From: Octopus bimaculoides
Taxonomy: Eukaryota
Reading direction: 5' to 3'
Length of the DNA: 64,000 bases
Assembly: GCF_001194135.2 (NCBI RefSeq)
Contig: NC_068981.1
Span: 95,467,597-95,531,596 of the forward strand
In this document: positions 39,892 to 52,644 of the stretch, piece by piece
How the letters are laid out: each line of letters starts with the position of its first letter
How positions within the stretch are numbered: the first letter of the stretch is position 1
Notes under the pieces: model-generated
Database searches by the model: none
What the model was told of the DNA's origin: nothing
Seen by the model: only the letters and a program-made list of their open reading frames with translations
Translations under genes and position numbers: made by a program

Positions 39892-40150
39892 CAGGGGTGG
39901 TGCTAGCTGGTGCGGGGCCCAATTAGAGAATTGTCAGTGGGGCCCTCTACTCTACAAGACTGAAGATTTGATGTTTTATGCTTTGTGTAGTAAGCCAGTG
40001 CAGCCAAAAAGCATTGAGGACTTGAGGCTTCACCATTAGCCATAATGATATACTAAAGATTCATCATAGCCTCCTCACTGTGCACGGGACCCTCTTTGTT
40101 GCGGAGCCCAATTTGAACAAGTCTGTCTAATTGGCTTAAACTCGACCCTG
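39892..40150. mobile_element. hAT-like MITE
   Basis: CAGGGGTGG...CTCGACCCTG termini; decayed 8-bp TSD ATAACAAC / ATGGCAAC. Confidence 0.6.
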
Positions 40151-40203
40151 ATGGCAACATTTACACTGAGTAGTATACATCCTACTCTTAATATTCGTCA
40201 TGC

Positions 40204-40534
40204 TGTTGTTGTTGTTGGCACTCCGTTGCTTACGACGTCGAGGGTTCCAGTTGATCCGATAAACAGAACAGCCTTAACGTAGTTCTCGGAGATATTCAGC
40301 GTGACACAGTGTGACAAGGCTGACCCTTTGAATTACAGGCACAACAGAGACAGGAAGAAAGAGTGAGAGAAAGTTGTGATGGAAGCAGGGTTCGCCACCA
40401 TCCCCTGCTGGAGCCTCGTGGAGCTTTAGGTGTTTTCGCTCAATAAACACTCAAAACGCCCGGTCTGGGAATCGAAACCGCGATCCTATGACCGCGAGTC
40501 CGCTGCCCTAACCACTAGGCCATTGCGCCTCCAC
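40204..40534 (-). mobile_element. SINE family C copy (internal deletion)
   Basis: 11-bp TSD ATTCGTCATGC at 40193-40203 and 40535-40545. Confidence 0.92.
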
Positions 40535-41180
40535 ATTCGTCATGCAGTTATCCTGTAAACATATCTTATGCAAGATTAAAGTTGGAAATATCGTATTATG
40601 CATGCTGCCTGTCCCACATGTATTTTCTTAAATAATTACAAAGAAAATCATTAACAAATCTTCGAAAGTGCCTCTTAAAGTTATATCTACTTGTAATAGA
40701 TTACATTGGTATTACACCTCGTATCATTTTATGATGAAATCTAAAATATCAAAGTTGTGTCGCTGTTGGAGAGAGTGTGGGGAAAGAAGGGTGAACGTCC
40801 CAATGGAATTCGACTTCATAACCAGCCACGATAAAGTTGAAATGATAAATTACGCGCACGCTCCTACGCACGTACACACCCACGCACGTACACATCTGAA
40901 CAATACACGCGCGCGCCTGTCTAAGCGTCTGCGTGTATGTGTATGTGTGTGTGAGTGCGCGCACGTGCATTCGCGCACAAAGTATATACACGACCATATA
41001 CACATGAACACACAACCATGGATACACATAAACACACAAACCTATACATATATATATAGTGCATACAAATATTGATATATGTGTGTGTGTGCGTGTGTGT
41101 GTGCGTGTGTGCGTGTGTGTGCGTGTGTGTGTGTGCGTGTGTGTGTAGTACACATAAATATAGACATGAACACACAAACC

Positions 41181-41245
<65 letters not shown>

Positions 41246-41709
41246 GTGTGTGTAGTACACATAAATATAGACTCACGCACACATATGTACACAAATACAC
41301 ACACACACGTTAAAAAGCATGTGTATGTGTGTGTGTGTGCGTGCTTGCGTGCTTGCGTGCATGAGTGTGGACGTGCGTGCGTGTGTGTGTCTGTGTTTGT
41401 GTGTGTATGTTTTCAGTTTTAGGTATAACATCGGTTCTGTATATAACAGAATCTTTCCTTCAAAAAGACTATTCAAAGAATTTATTACATCTTTAAAAAT
41501 TGTTAATTTTCAACATATCGCTCCTAATTATTATACAAAGCATAAAGACATTTCTAAAGGTCTAGAAATATGCACTGTAGCACGCCTTCAGTCAAATCCT
41601 GAATTACATTAGTTTCTCTGACCAATAACACTTCTGCAGAATTATATTTATTTGCATTAGATGTCCTGGTTACATGCTGCCTTGAAATATTATTGAAGTA
41701 GTAATCCTT

Positions 41710-41922
41710 GCTCCCACAGGTACAAGGCTTGAAATGTTGGGAGAGAGGGTGGAAAGTCGATTACATCGACACCACTTCTTCATCGGTACTTAAATTATCG
41801 ACCTCGAAAAGGGTGAAAAGCAAAGTCAACCTCGGCGGGATTAGAACTCAAAACGTAAAGACGGACGAAATGCCGCTAAGCATTTTCCCCGGCGTGCTAA
41901 CGATTCTGCCAGCTCACCGCCT
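41710..41922 (-). mobile_element. SINE family A copy
   Basis: Family A core and head. Confidence 0.9.
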
Positions 41923-42228
41923 TGTTTGAAGTAATAATAATTTTAAAAAATAATTATAAAGTTTTTTTCTTTTTTCTTAATACCGACGATAATGTAGGTG
42001 CATCAGCTTCCAAAATGCTTTTTCTAGATTAGTTCTTACATAAATAGTATTAATATCATGAAAACGTAAAAAAATTAATATTGAATTGAAAATTGTGGAA
42101 TGACTTCATAATAATCATGCATACGCGCCACCATATATTTACAAATACACTCATAAATACACATATATTGTGAATGTGAATATATATAAATGCGTGTGTG
42201 TATATGTGTGCGTGCGTTTGTGTGTGAG

Positions 42229-42267
<39 letters not shown>

Positions 42268-42434
42268 ATAATGTGGGTGGCTTATTAGCAATTTAAATTT
42301 GTCTTTATTTTATATATATATATAAGTACGTATGTATGTATGTATGCATGTATGTATGTATGTATGTATGTATGTATGTATGTATGTATGTATGTATGTG
42401 TGCATGTGTGCATGTGTGTGTGTGTGTGTATTAT

Positions 42435-42783
42435 AGTGGCTTCATGATTCGAAGATTGTGGTTTCGGTTCTTGGACCGGGCGAAGCGTTGCGTTTTTGAG
42501 CTTAAAAAATTCATTTCACATTGCTCCAGTCCACTCAGCTGGCAAAAATGAGTAATCCTCCGAGAGACCTGTTCAGGGGTAAAAAATATATATATACGCA
42601 TGGAAAACGGCGTCGATGTCACACGGAAAGGAACTTTATTCCGTCTACCAGATCCAGTCACAAGGCTTTGGCAAGCCCGAGGTTATAGTAGAAAATACTC
42701 GCCCAAGGTGCCACGCAATGGGATTGAACCCGGAACCATGTTGTTGGGAAGCAAGCTTCTCACTACACTGCCACTCCTGCGCC

Positions 42784-42785
<2 letters not shown>
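42435..42785. mobile_element. SINE family D head (+, ~42435-42560) and family B head (-, ~42620-42785)
   Basis: Matches to other copies in the window. Confidence 0.8.
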
Positions 42786-42814
<29 letters not shown>

Positions 42815-42823
42815 GTGTGTGCG

Positions 42824-42856
<33 letters not shown>

Positions 42857-43417
42857 TTTGTGTGTGTGTGTGTGTGTGTGTGTATTTATGTGTCTGTGTT
42901 TGTCTNNNNNNNNNNNNNNNNNNNNNNNNNNNNNNNNNNNNNNNNNNNNNNNNNNNNNNNNNNNNNNNNNNNNNNNNNNNNNNNNNNNNNNNNNNNNNNN
43001 NNNNNNNNNNNNNNNNNNNNNNNNNNNNNNNNNNNNNNNNNNNNNNNNNNNNNNNNNNNNNNNNNNNNNNNNNNNNNNNNNNNNNNNNNNNNNNNNNNNN
43101 NNNNNNNNNNNNNNNNNNNNNNNNNNNNNNNNNNNNNNNNNNNNNNNNNNNNNNNNNNNNNNNNNNNNNNNNNNNNNNNNNNNNNNNNNNNNNNNNNNNN
43201 NNNNNNNNNNNNNNNNNNNNNNNNNNNNNNNNNNNNNNNNNNNNNNNNNNNNNNNNNNNNNNNNNNNNNNNNNNNNNNNNNNNNNNNNNNNNNNNNNNAT
43301 GCGTACATATATATATTTATATACATACATACATGAGTGTGTGTGTAAACACACATGTATATATATGTATACATGTGTACATATGCATGTGTACAGAAAT
43401 ACGTATTATCACACACA

Positions 43418-43454
<37 letters not shown>

Positions 43455-43696
43455 AAACTGAATCTCCCATCTTCTATATTCAGCAGGGATGGGGGAGATT
43501 TGATGAAAAAGGGAAGAGAAGTGAAGAATAGGAGAATGAAATAAAAATGTTAAAATTTCATTCCCTCGCTTCCTTCTTGGGAATGGGTGGAGATTATTTC
43601 ACGTATAATCGGAATACAAATGAGGGGTTTTCTCCCTTCTAAACATTCTATCTCTGTTCCTTTACCATTTATACTGAATAAGTTTTCTGTCCACAG

Positions 43697-43774
43697 ATAT
43701 TAAAAAGCAAACGACGGCTGTTCTTTGGGAATTAAAACTTACCACGGTGAAGATTAAACTGAAAAGTAGCAGCA
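43697..43774 (+). other. 5'UTR part of the first coding exon (acceptor TTTTCTGTCCACAG ends at 43696)
   Basis: Pyrimidine-rich acceptor 78 nt upstream of the ATG; implies an unidentified upstream non-coding exon. Confidence 0.55.
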
Positions 43775-43841
43775 ATGACACAAGCCAAATTGCATATACT
43801 ATACTTTGCCATGTTATATCTGTTATTCTTCGTTTCCAAAG
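43775..43841 (+). CDS. Signal-peptide exon of a Ly6/uPAR (three-finger) protein
   Basis: ATG..: MTQAKLHILYFAMLYLLFFVSK + 1 nt, then consensus donor AAAG|GTAAGT (phase 1); hydrophobic core; joins in frame to the 48949 exon. Confidence 0.8.
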
Positions 43842-44002
43842 GTAAGTGAAAAAAAAAAAATACCCACACATATAAATAGATATGCGTGTATGTATGTATG
43901 TATGTATGTATGTATGTACGTATGTATGTATGTGTGTATTTATGTATGCACGTATGTGTGTGCGTGCATGTATGTATGTATGCATGTATATGTGTGTGTG
44001 TG

Positions 44003-44053
<51 letters not shown>

Positions 44054-44108
44054 ATGTATGTGCATATGTATATGTATATATATATATAGATATATGTATA
44101 TGTATGTG

Positions 44109-44174
<66 letters not shown>

Positions 44175-44569
44175 AGAAAGACAGAAGTGACTAAACAGAA
44201 CAGGAGGAGACACGTGGGACGGAAAGTCGCTGAAGAGCTCTCACAGGATGTGTGATAGGACATCAAATAAGAACAATAATAAACAAGTGAAGAACGAATA
44301 TATTGTACGTGTGTTTATTTGGCAAAAAGGAAAAAAAAATTAAATGGACCATCCCGAAATTTAACAATATATGAATATGCATATATTAATGCTTGTTTTT
44401 ATGTCATGCATATGTATGTCCAGTATATATACAGACATATATACATATGTGTAAATATCTGCGTGTGCGCTGGTGCGTGCGAGTGTGTATGGGCATTGAT
44501 ATTAATCTAAATGCTTTTGTTTTTAATTCCAAGTTTTCCCTTTTTATTTATATGATTGATAATCCTTTC

Positions 44570-44775
44570 TACTATAAGCACAGGGCATGGAATTTGTGGG
44601 GAGGGGGACAGTTGAGTACGTCAACGCCAGTACCCAACTGGTAATTATTTCATCGACCCCGAAAAGATGAAAGGCAAAGTCGACCCCGGCGGGATTTGAA
44701 CTCAGAACGTTGCGACGGGTTGCAATACTGTTAAACATTTCGCCTGGCGTGCTAACGATTCTGCCAGCTCGCCGA
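44570..44775 (-). mobile_element. SINE family A copy
   Basis: Family A core and head. Confidence 0.9.
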
Positions 44776-44852
44776 TAATAAGCGTGTTGTATTGGCGGTA
44801 TTTAAATTGCATGAATAGATAGAATGCACGCACGCACGTACACGCACGCACA

Positions 44853-44886
<34 letters not shown>

Positions 44887-44934
44887 TACATTTATGCATA
44901 TACATAAATATATTTAACAACGGGCACCCCGTGG

Positions 44935-45122
44935 ATTACGAGGACGGGGCTTCCAGTTGATCTGATCAGCGGAACAGCTTGCTCGTAAAATTAAGGTGCA
45001 AGTGGGTGAGTACACCACTGACATGTGTGTACCCTTAACATAGTTCTTAGGGAGATTCACTGTGACAGAGTGTGACAAGGCCAGCTCTTTGAATTACAGA
45101 TACAACTCAGTTTTGCCAGCTG
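44935..45122 (-). mobile_element. SINE family D 3' part
   Basis: TTCCAGTTGATCTGATC...GTGTGACAAGGCCAGCTCTTTGAATTACAG. Confidence 0.85.
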
Positions 45123-45123
45123 A

Positions 45124-45180
<57 letters not shown>

Positions 45181-45596
45181 TGCATACATTCATACTTACA
45201 AGTGTGCGTGCATGTATGCACGTGTGTGTGTATGTGTATGCGCGTGTGCGTCCGTATGTGTGTGTGTGTTAATGGACATAAACAAATGTAAAGAGAACAT
45301 TCTCTCGCACATATACGTACACAGAAAGACATATTCATACGCCCATATACATGCACACTCACACACACACACATACGCGCGCATTTTGCTTTCTCAGTTT
45401 TCTTACAGTTTTGTAATAACATCTTTTATTCACAAGGCATTGATCAAGATCGATCAAAGACTGCAACAAAAACACTGTCGAAGATGCGATGCGATGGGAC
45501 GGCAACTGAAAGCAAGTGGTTGTGAAATGAGCTTCATTGGCACACATTTATAAACAAATATCCATATATGCATTTGGAAGAAATCGATAGATAGAC

Positions 45597-45640
<44 letters not shown>

Positions 45641-46238
45641 CAAGGTGTATAGGGGGAGATGGAGAGGGAAAGAGGAAGGGATTCTGTTGGCATTAAGTAA
45701 TGTGTTGCTTGAAACTAATTAACGGTCACGGAAGCAAACGTCGTACCACACACCTATGCCTGTACTTATATATATATATATATATAAACAAATAGTAAAT
45801 GAGTATATGCATATATACGTACAGGTATGTGCATACCGACATCCACCTGTATGCAAACAAACGTAGACAAGAACACACGAGCCACATAGAGAACATTCTA
45901 CTTCATCAGCTACCCACGTTTTAACACCGGCGTTTCGACGAGCTTGGGCAGGACGCTCGTCCCATGGATCGCAGATTAAATTTGTATACGCAAATTAAAT
46001 CTAGCCATGGAGGAATGTAGTGGCGGACAAAAAACAAGACAGGAAAACAAACAGAAAAGGCTTTACGGCCAGACGAGAAAAATTATGTGTGTATGAACGC
46101 GATGAGGCACGAAATATTAGTGTTCCAATTATATGTGTCTATTTATATGTGTCCCAACTTTATGTCCCAATTATATGTCTTTTAGTTCTGTAGTTTCTTG
46201 ATGCATGCTGTTATTATTTCTATATGTCACTGATTATT

Positions 46239-46604
46239 CGACGTGTCGAATTTTGTGAGAAAATGCTGGCAGAGGCCAGACATTCCAGAATTTTTTATCG
46301 ACTCATTTTCTCTGATGAAGTGACCTTCCATGTTTCCGGTCACGTCGACCGCCATAACTGCTTCTGTTATTCAGAAGATAATCCTGGAATGGTTTGAGAA
46401 AAGTACGTCAATTCACCTTCTCTTGTCTTCAGGAATTTGTGCATTCCATATTCAACGATAGACAATGACTGGTGATCGTTACCTAGCGTTGTGTGAAAAC
46501 ATCATCTGGCCGTATTTTCGATACTGTCATTCCAAAATCTTTGTGCAAGATGGAGCACCTCCTCATTAAGACACACGTATAAGAAACTTACTCGATCAGC
46601 ACTT
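46239..46604 (+). mobile_element. Tc1/mariner (maT/DD37D-like) transposase fragment
   Basis: RRVEFCEKML...LIFSDEVTFHVSGHVDRHNC...IFVQDGAPPH*DTRIRNLLDQHL. Confidence 0.8.
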
Positions 46605-46654
46605 ACGAAATCGTTAAAATTTTCAAAAACTCAAGTTGGAACACTAATTTTGGC

Positions 46655-46785
46655 CCACCCAAAGGGTGGTAAGAAGCTTGATTCCCAACCACATAATTCC
46701 GGGTGTCTTCTACTATAGCCTCGGGCCGACCAAAGCCTTGCGAATGGATTTGGTAGACGGGAACTGAAGGAAGCTCGTCGTATAT
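46655..46785 (-). mobile_element. SINE family B 5' half (internal deletion)
   Basis: GGGCCGACCAAAGCCTTG..GATTTGGTAGACGG; here read on the + strand as a head running into (TA)n, so the strand call is uncertain. Confidence 0.6.
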
Positions 46786-48019
46786 ATNNNNNNNNNNNNN
46801 NNNNNNNNNNNNNNNNNNNNNNNNNNNNNNNNNNNNNNNNNNNNNNNNNNNNNNNNNNNNNNNNNNNNNNNNNNNNNNNNNNNNNNNNNNNNNNNNNNNN
46901 NNNNNNNNNNNNNNNNNNNNNNNNNNNNNNNNNNNNNNNNNNNNNNNNNNNNNNNNNNNNNNNNNNNNNNNNNNNNNNNNNNNNNNNNNNNNNNNNNNNN
47001 NNNNNNNNNNNNNNNNNNNNNNNNNNNNNNNNNNNNNNNNNNNNNNNNNNNNNNNNNNNNNNNNNNNNNNNNNNNNNNNNNNNNNNNNNNNNNNNNNNNN
47101 NNNNNNNNNNNNNNNNNNNNNNNNNNNNNNNNNNNNNNNNNNNNNNNNNNNNNNNNNNNNNNNNNNNNNNNNNNNNNNNNNNNNNNNNNNNNNNNNNNNN
47201 NNNNNNNNNNNNNNNNNNNNNNNNNNNNNNNNNNNNNNNNNNNNNNNNNNNNNNNNNNNNNNNNNNNNNNNNNNNNNNNNNNNNNNNNNNNNNNNNNNNN
47301 NNNNNNNNNNNNNNNNNNNNNNNNNNNNNNNNNNNNNNNNNNNNNNNNNNNNNNNNNNNNNNNNNNNNNNNNNNNNNNNNNNNNNNNNNNNNNNNNNNNN
47401 NNNNNNNNNNNNNNNNNNNNNNNNNNNNNNNNNNNNNNNNNNNNNNNNNNNNNNNNNNNNNNNNNNNNNNNNNNNNNNNNNNNNNNNNNNNNNNNNNNNN
47501 NNNNNNNNNNNNNNNNNNNNNNNNNNNNNNNNNNNNNNNNNNNNNNNNNNNNNNNNNNNNNNNNNNNNNNNNNNNNNNNNNNNNNNNNNNNNNNNNNNNN
47601 NNNNNNNNNNNNNNNNNNNNNNNNNNNNNNNNNNNNNNNNNNNNNNNNNNNNNNNNNNNNNNNNNNNNNNNNNNNNNNNNNNNNNNNNNNNNNNNNNNNN
47701 NNNNNNNNNNNNNNNNNNNNNNNNNNNNNNNNNNNNNNNNNNNNNNNNNNNNNNNNNNNNNNNNTATATATATACATATGTATATATATATATACATGCA
47801 TACATACATACATACATACGAACATACAATACACAGGTGCGCGCACACGCACATGCGCATTCACATGCATACAAACATTTATATTTCGCCTTTATCAGCA
47901 TAAAGAATTCAATTGATAGTGACACATAAATACCCTACACCACTCGATTATATGGGGAAATAATGAAACAAAGGAAAGGCTTCCAACATTACGTAGAAAA
48001 TATTAGATAAGACTAGGAT

Positions 48020-48210
48020 AACGAGCTCACAGAATTGTTAGCACGCCGAGCAAAACGCTTAGCAGCATTTCGTTTGTCTTTACGTTCTGAATTCAAATTC
48101 TGCCGATAAAATAAGTACCAGGGTCGATAAAATAAGTACCAATTGAGTGCTGGGGGCGATGTATTCGACTCCGAACTTGCTGGCCTTGTGCCAAAATTTG
48201 AAACCAATAT
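48020..48210 (+). mobile_element. SINE family A copy with internal tandem duplication
   Basis: CGATAAAATAAGTACCA duplicated at ~48104-48141. Confidence 0.88.
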
Positions 48211-48809
48211 TAGGTAATGTATTTAGCAATGGATCGAGGCGTGATCTCTCTCGTTGAGAAAAACTTTACATCATTCACCATCTCCTCGAATTCTAAATAA
48301 AAAGGAACGAATTCCGACTAATGACATATTCCTACATTATTTCTCAGGTATCTCAAAACGCAGTGATAGTCATTTCCACTATTAACAATGATTTTTCCCT
48401 CAAGAAAAAGATAGGCTTATTGCCAGGATATTAATTATGCAAATTACCTTGGTCATACATATGTTCTACTCTTTTTGTATATATGCCTGGCTCCTTGACA
48501 ACTAGGGATAAATTTGGACAGTTATCGTCTGGGTGATACCTGTTAAGACAGGAACACGTGTCCACGACTGTCCTCATATCTCCAGGCAATAAACCTGTTC
48601 TTTTCCTTAATGTCATGTCAACTTTGGAGAATTATTGATCCATGAGATCATCTCCCCTCCGTATACGGAACTGGTCTTAATTGTCGTTTAGTAATTATGA
48701 TACATTCACTAGAGGTGGAACTACTGTTGAATGATATTTGACATACCTACATTTGTCTTATGTTTTTCAAATACATGCCACCGGCCACTCTGAGTTTATT
48801 TTCCTTGGC

Positions 48810-48849
<40 letters not shown>

Positions 48850-48948
48850 AGTGAAAATGATGAGTATTGCACACATTACAAGTTTTACTTAGTGATAACT
48901 GACATAAATCAACGCGTATTTCTTATACAACTTTGCCAACATTTTTAG

Positions 48949-49086
48949 TTGCAGGAATCCGCTGTGTTCAGTGCAGTTCTCTGAAGAATACTCTCTGTGT
49001 ATCGGGTAAAGTTCCACCTAGTCAATGTACATCGATAGACTCTGGTGCAAACTTCTGCGTCAGGTACATCGGGAAGTTAGAAACAG
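48949..49086 (+). CDS. Cys-rich exon of a Ly6/uPAR (three-finger, Quiver/sleepless-like) protein
   Basis: Acceptor TTTTTAG|TTGCAG, donor ACAG|GTAAG, phase 1-1; encodes (V)AGIRCVQCSSLKNTLCVSGKVPPSQCTSIDSGANFCVRYIGKLET(G), Cys spacing C-x2-C-x7-C-x9-C-x9-C. Confidence 0.82.
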
Positions 49087-49650
49087 GTAAGGTCATATTC
49101 TTTTCTATCGTTGTTTACAAAAGTTTGACTAATTAACTAATAGGCATCTATAACATTCCTTGCAGTACATTCTTTCATGTATAAATTTCTGAAACGTATC
49201 TCATTGAAAACAGATATATTATGTTGGATGCAGTGGGTTAAATGACAGAAATCCTACTGGGATGACACAAATAAATGACAGAAATCCTCGCTGGGAGTCA
49301 TTTGTCTGCTGCTAGGAAATTGCCTTTGCTCTTCATGGAATGTCATGCGTTTTTAGAAGGTCATTTTTGTTTGTCCGGTATAATTTGTTCCATATCTTGA
49401 ATTGGGTATTAAATGTTGTTTTAATTAATCAATTATATTTCCATTTAATGAATCTTAATTTCGTACGTATTATTCCTACTATTAATCGCAGAAAATGAAT
49501 ATTTCACTTATTTCTCTTGTTAATATCAACAACAATCCCTTATTACTTTCATCTTCACCATCAGCTTCTATTATGAGATTACTGCAAAGCTAACAGCAAA
49601 TAGTTATGAAATCAAAAAATTATGAGATATTTTTTTTTTAAATCACGATT

Positions 49651-49685
49651 GTCGGGATGGCTGAGTGGTCTAAGGTGCCAGACCC
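49651..49685 (+). pseudogene. 5' half of a tRNA-Leu-like sequence
   Basis: GTCGGGATGGCTGAGTGGTCTAAGGTGCCAGAC resembles tRNA-Leu GTCAGGATGGCCGAGTGGTCTAAGGCGCCAGAC; no T arm follows. Confidence 0.65.
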
Positions 49686-49767
49686 TTAAAAAGAGAGACA
49701 CCACTTGATTACATCAACATTACATTTCACCCTAAAAATTTAATCATAAAGATTTCAGTGCATTTTT

Positions 49768-49852
<85 letters not shown>

Positions 49853-50249
49853 GCTCATGCGTGTGTGCTTCTGTCTGTCTGTCTGTCTGTCTGTATGTAT
49901 GCATGTATGTATGTGGGCATATAATTATGAATATATGTATACCTACAGAGTGTTCAAGCTGGTCGCTAAAAAAGCGACAAGACTTTTTAACTTGAGAGAG
50001 TTCCTGGTGTTTGTGAAAATATGGTTTAAGTTGATGTGTTGGTTGAGCTGTGGATGCAGACACCCAAGCGTGTGGATCAATTCATCTAAAGAATCTCAAA
50101 TTGAGAATCTTTGAAGTGTCTTGCAGATATTCACTGTGCCGCTAATAAATTGGATTTGGAGAAGTTGCGTTAATTTCTTTTGCTCTTTCGTCGAAGAAAC
50201 TAGTATTTCTAAGATTTTGTGTAAATTTGTGGGTACATAGCCTAATGCA

Positions 50250-50572
50250 GTGGAGGCGCAATGGCCCAGTGGTTAGGGCAGCGGACTCGCGGTCATAGGA
50301 TCGCGGTTTCGATTCCCAGACCGGGCGTTGTGAGTGTTTATTGAGCGAAAACACCTAAAGCTCCACGAGGCTCCGGCAGCGGATGGCGGCGAACTCTGCT
50401 GTACTCTTTCACCACAACTTTCTCTCACTCTTACATCCTGTTTCTGTTGTGCCTGTAATTCAAAGGGTCAGCCTTGTCACACTGTGTCACGCTGAATATC
50501 CCCGAGAACTACGTTAAGGGTACACGTGTCTGTGGAGTGCTCAGCCACTTGCACGTTAATTTCACGAGCAGG
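50250..50572 (+). mobile_element. SINE family C copy (runs into gap)
   Basis: GTGGAGGCGCAATGGCCCAGTGGTTAGGGCAGCGG...GTTTCGATTCCC. Confidence 0.92.
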
Positions 50573-51008
50573 NNNNNNNNNNNNNNNNNNNNNNNNNNNN
50601 NNNNNNNNNNNNNNNNNNNNNNNNNNNNNNNNNNNNNNNNNNNNNNNNNNNNNNNNNNNNNNNNNNNNNNNNNNNNNNNNNNNNNNNNNNNNNNNNNNNN
50701 NNNNNNNNNNNNNNNNNNNNNNNNNNNNNNNNNNNNNNNNNNNNNNNNNNNNNNNNNNNNNNNNNNNNNNNNNNNNNNNNNNNNNNNNNNNNNNNNNNNN
50801 NNNNNNNNNNNNNNNNNNNNNNNNNNNNNNNNNNNNNNNNNNNNNNNNNNNNNNNNNNNNNNNNNNNNNNNNNNNNNNNNNNNNNNNNNNNNNNNNNNNN
50901 NNNNNNNNNNNNNNNNNNNNNNNNNNNNNNNNNNNNNNNNNNNNNNNNNNNNNNNNNNNNNNNNNNNNNNNNNNNNNNNNNNNNNNNNNNNNNNNNNNNN
51001 NNNNNNNN

Positions 51009-51260
51009 CGACACTTTTGAGAGAGCACGTATCCAGCATGAAGAACTTAAGCGAGCTGCGCGAAAGCGCACAGCTCGTATAGTGAATGGGGAAAGCTTGG
51101 TCTGCAATGTTTGCAGTCGTGTATGCTTATCAAGAGCAGGGCTCATTAGCCACCAACGGAGCCGCAAATGCAAAATATAAGTTAGTCCTAGAGCGCACAA
51201 TGTTCCTGAAGGTTGGCAATGGTCTTCCTCGGTCACGAGTGGACGGCCATCATCATCATC
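51009..51260 (+). mobile_element. RTE/BovB-type LINE 3' end
   Basis: DTFERARIQHEELKRAARKRTARIVNGESLVCNVCSRVCLSRAGLISHQRSRKCKI*, then 3'UTR and (CAT)n. Confidence 0.85.
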
Positions 51261-51337
51261 AATTATGTATGTATGTATGTATGTATGTATGTATGTATGT
51301 ATGTATGTATGTATGTATGTATGCATACTTATAGCCA

Positions 51338-51680
51338 CAGGCGTGGCTGTGTGGTCAAGAAACTTGCTTGGTCTTGAGTTCAGTTCCACTGCACATCACT
51401 CTGGGAAAGTGTTTCTACTATTTGCCTCGGGGCGACTAGGGCTCTGTTAGTGGACTTGGTTGGCGGAAACTCAAAGAAACCCATCGTGTATATATATGTG
51501 TGCATCTATTTGTGTGTATTTTTGTGTTAGTGTTTGTCTCCACCACAGCTTGACGAAACGGTTTTTGTTGGCTCGAGGTTATAGTAGAAGACACTTGCCC
51601 AAGGTGCCACGCAAAGGGACTGAACCCGGAACCATGTGGCTGGGAAGCAAGCTTCTTACCACACAGTCACGCCTGCGCCT
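51338..51680. mobile_element. Two SINE family B heads, convergent (+ 51338-51490, - 51560-51680)
   Basis: Family B head and core matches. Confidence 0.82.
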
Positions 51681-51762
51681 GTAAGATACATATATGCGCG
51701 CATGTGTGTGTATTCATATATGAATACACATACATGCACACAGAAAGACACACAGACACAGA

Positions 51763-51819
<57 letters not shown>

Positions 51820-52390
51820 ATATATAAAGCTGGCAGAGGAGAAAAAGTGGTACCTTTTAACATTTTCGTGAATTCTGATATTGGTTGATGGAAGGGAGGA
51901 AGTCATCTCCAGTCATACACCTGGCCTGAATGTTTGCAACACAATGAACTCTGTTGAATACTCCTAAGAGCCAGATGGCGATGTTAAGCCGCGCGTTAAT
52001 GAGATAAGAGATGGTGCGTAGTTACGAAATCTATGTGTCTACTGTATGTATGTAAAAAGTCGTTTATTGATGTGTAAATTTATTAAATACATCAATGACG
52101 TTTTCTTGAAAAAAAAACATGAAAAAATATTTTTATATATGTATTATATATGTATTTTTTAAATGTACTAGAATAGGTGATGTTTAGAGTAAGTTACTCG
52201 AATATTATCATGATTTTTTAAGACGACGTTTTATTTTAAAATATGTTATTTCAAGATGCCGCTTGTGATGTATCTATATGGAATTTTAATTCTGTTTGTC
52301 TTTCAATGATTTAGTATAAAATTTTCATACGAGATTTTAAAGACTATATAAACAACCTAGCAGCAATAGCGAATGGTAATATATATATAT

Positions 52391-52640
52391 ATTGAACATC
52401 TATGGTGCATTTTAGAAAAAGAAGTAAGGAGTCAGTATCCTCCACCATCATCACTACAAGAACTGAAGACTGTCTTAGCTGAAGAATGGACAAAAATTCC
52501 TTTGCAAGCAATTCAAACTTTGTACAAGTTTGTACCTCGTAGAATTCAAGCTGTAATTACTGGCAAAGGCGGTCCCACCACATATTAAAATGAATTTGTT
52601 TGAAATTTTGAGGTGTTTCCATTATTTTGTCCAACCCCTG
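52391..52640 (+). mobile_element. Tc1-family transposon 3' end with right TIR
   Basis: IEHLWCILEKEVRSQYPPPSSLQELKTVLAEEWTKIP...RRIQAVITGKGGPTTY*, then ...TTTTGTCCAACCCCTG|TA, inside the (TA)n of a family B SINE. Confidence 0.9.
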
Positions 52641-52644
52641 TATA

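Noticed and set aside
49946-50240. Possible mariner-type left end (TA|CAGAGTGTTC)
   Set aside because: No matching right TIR or clear transposase motif found.
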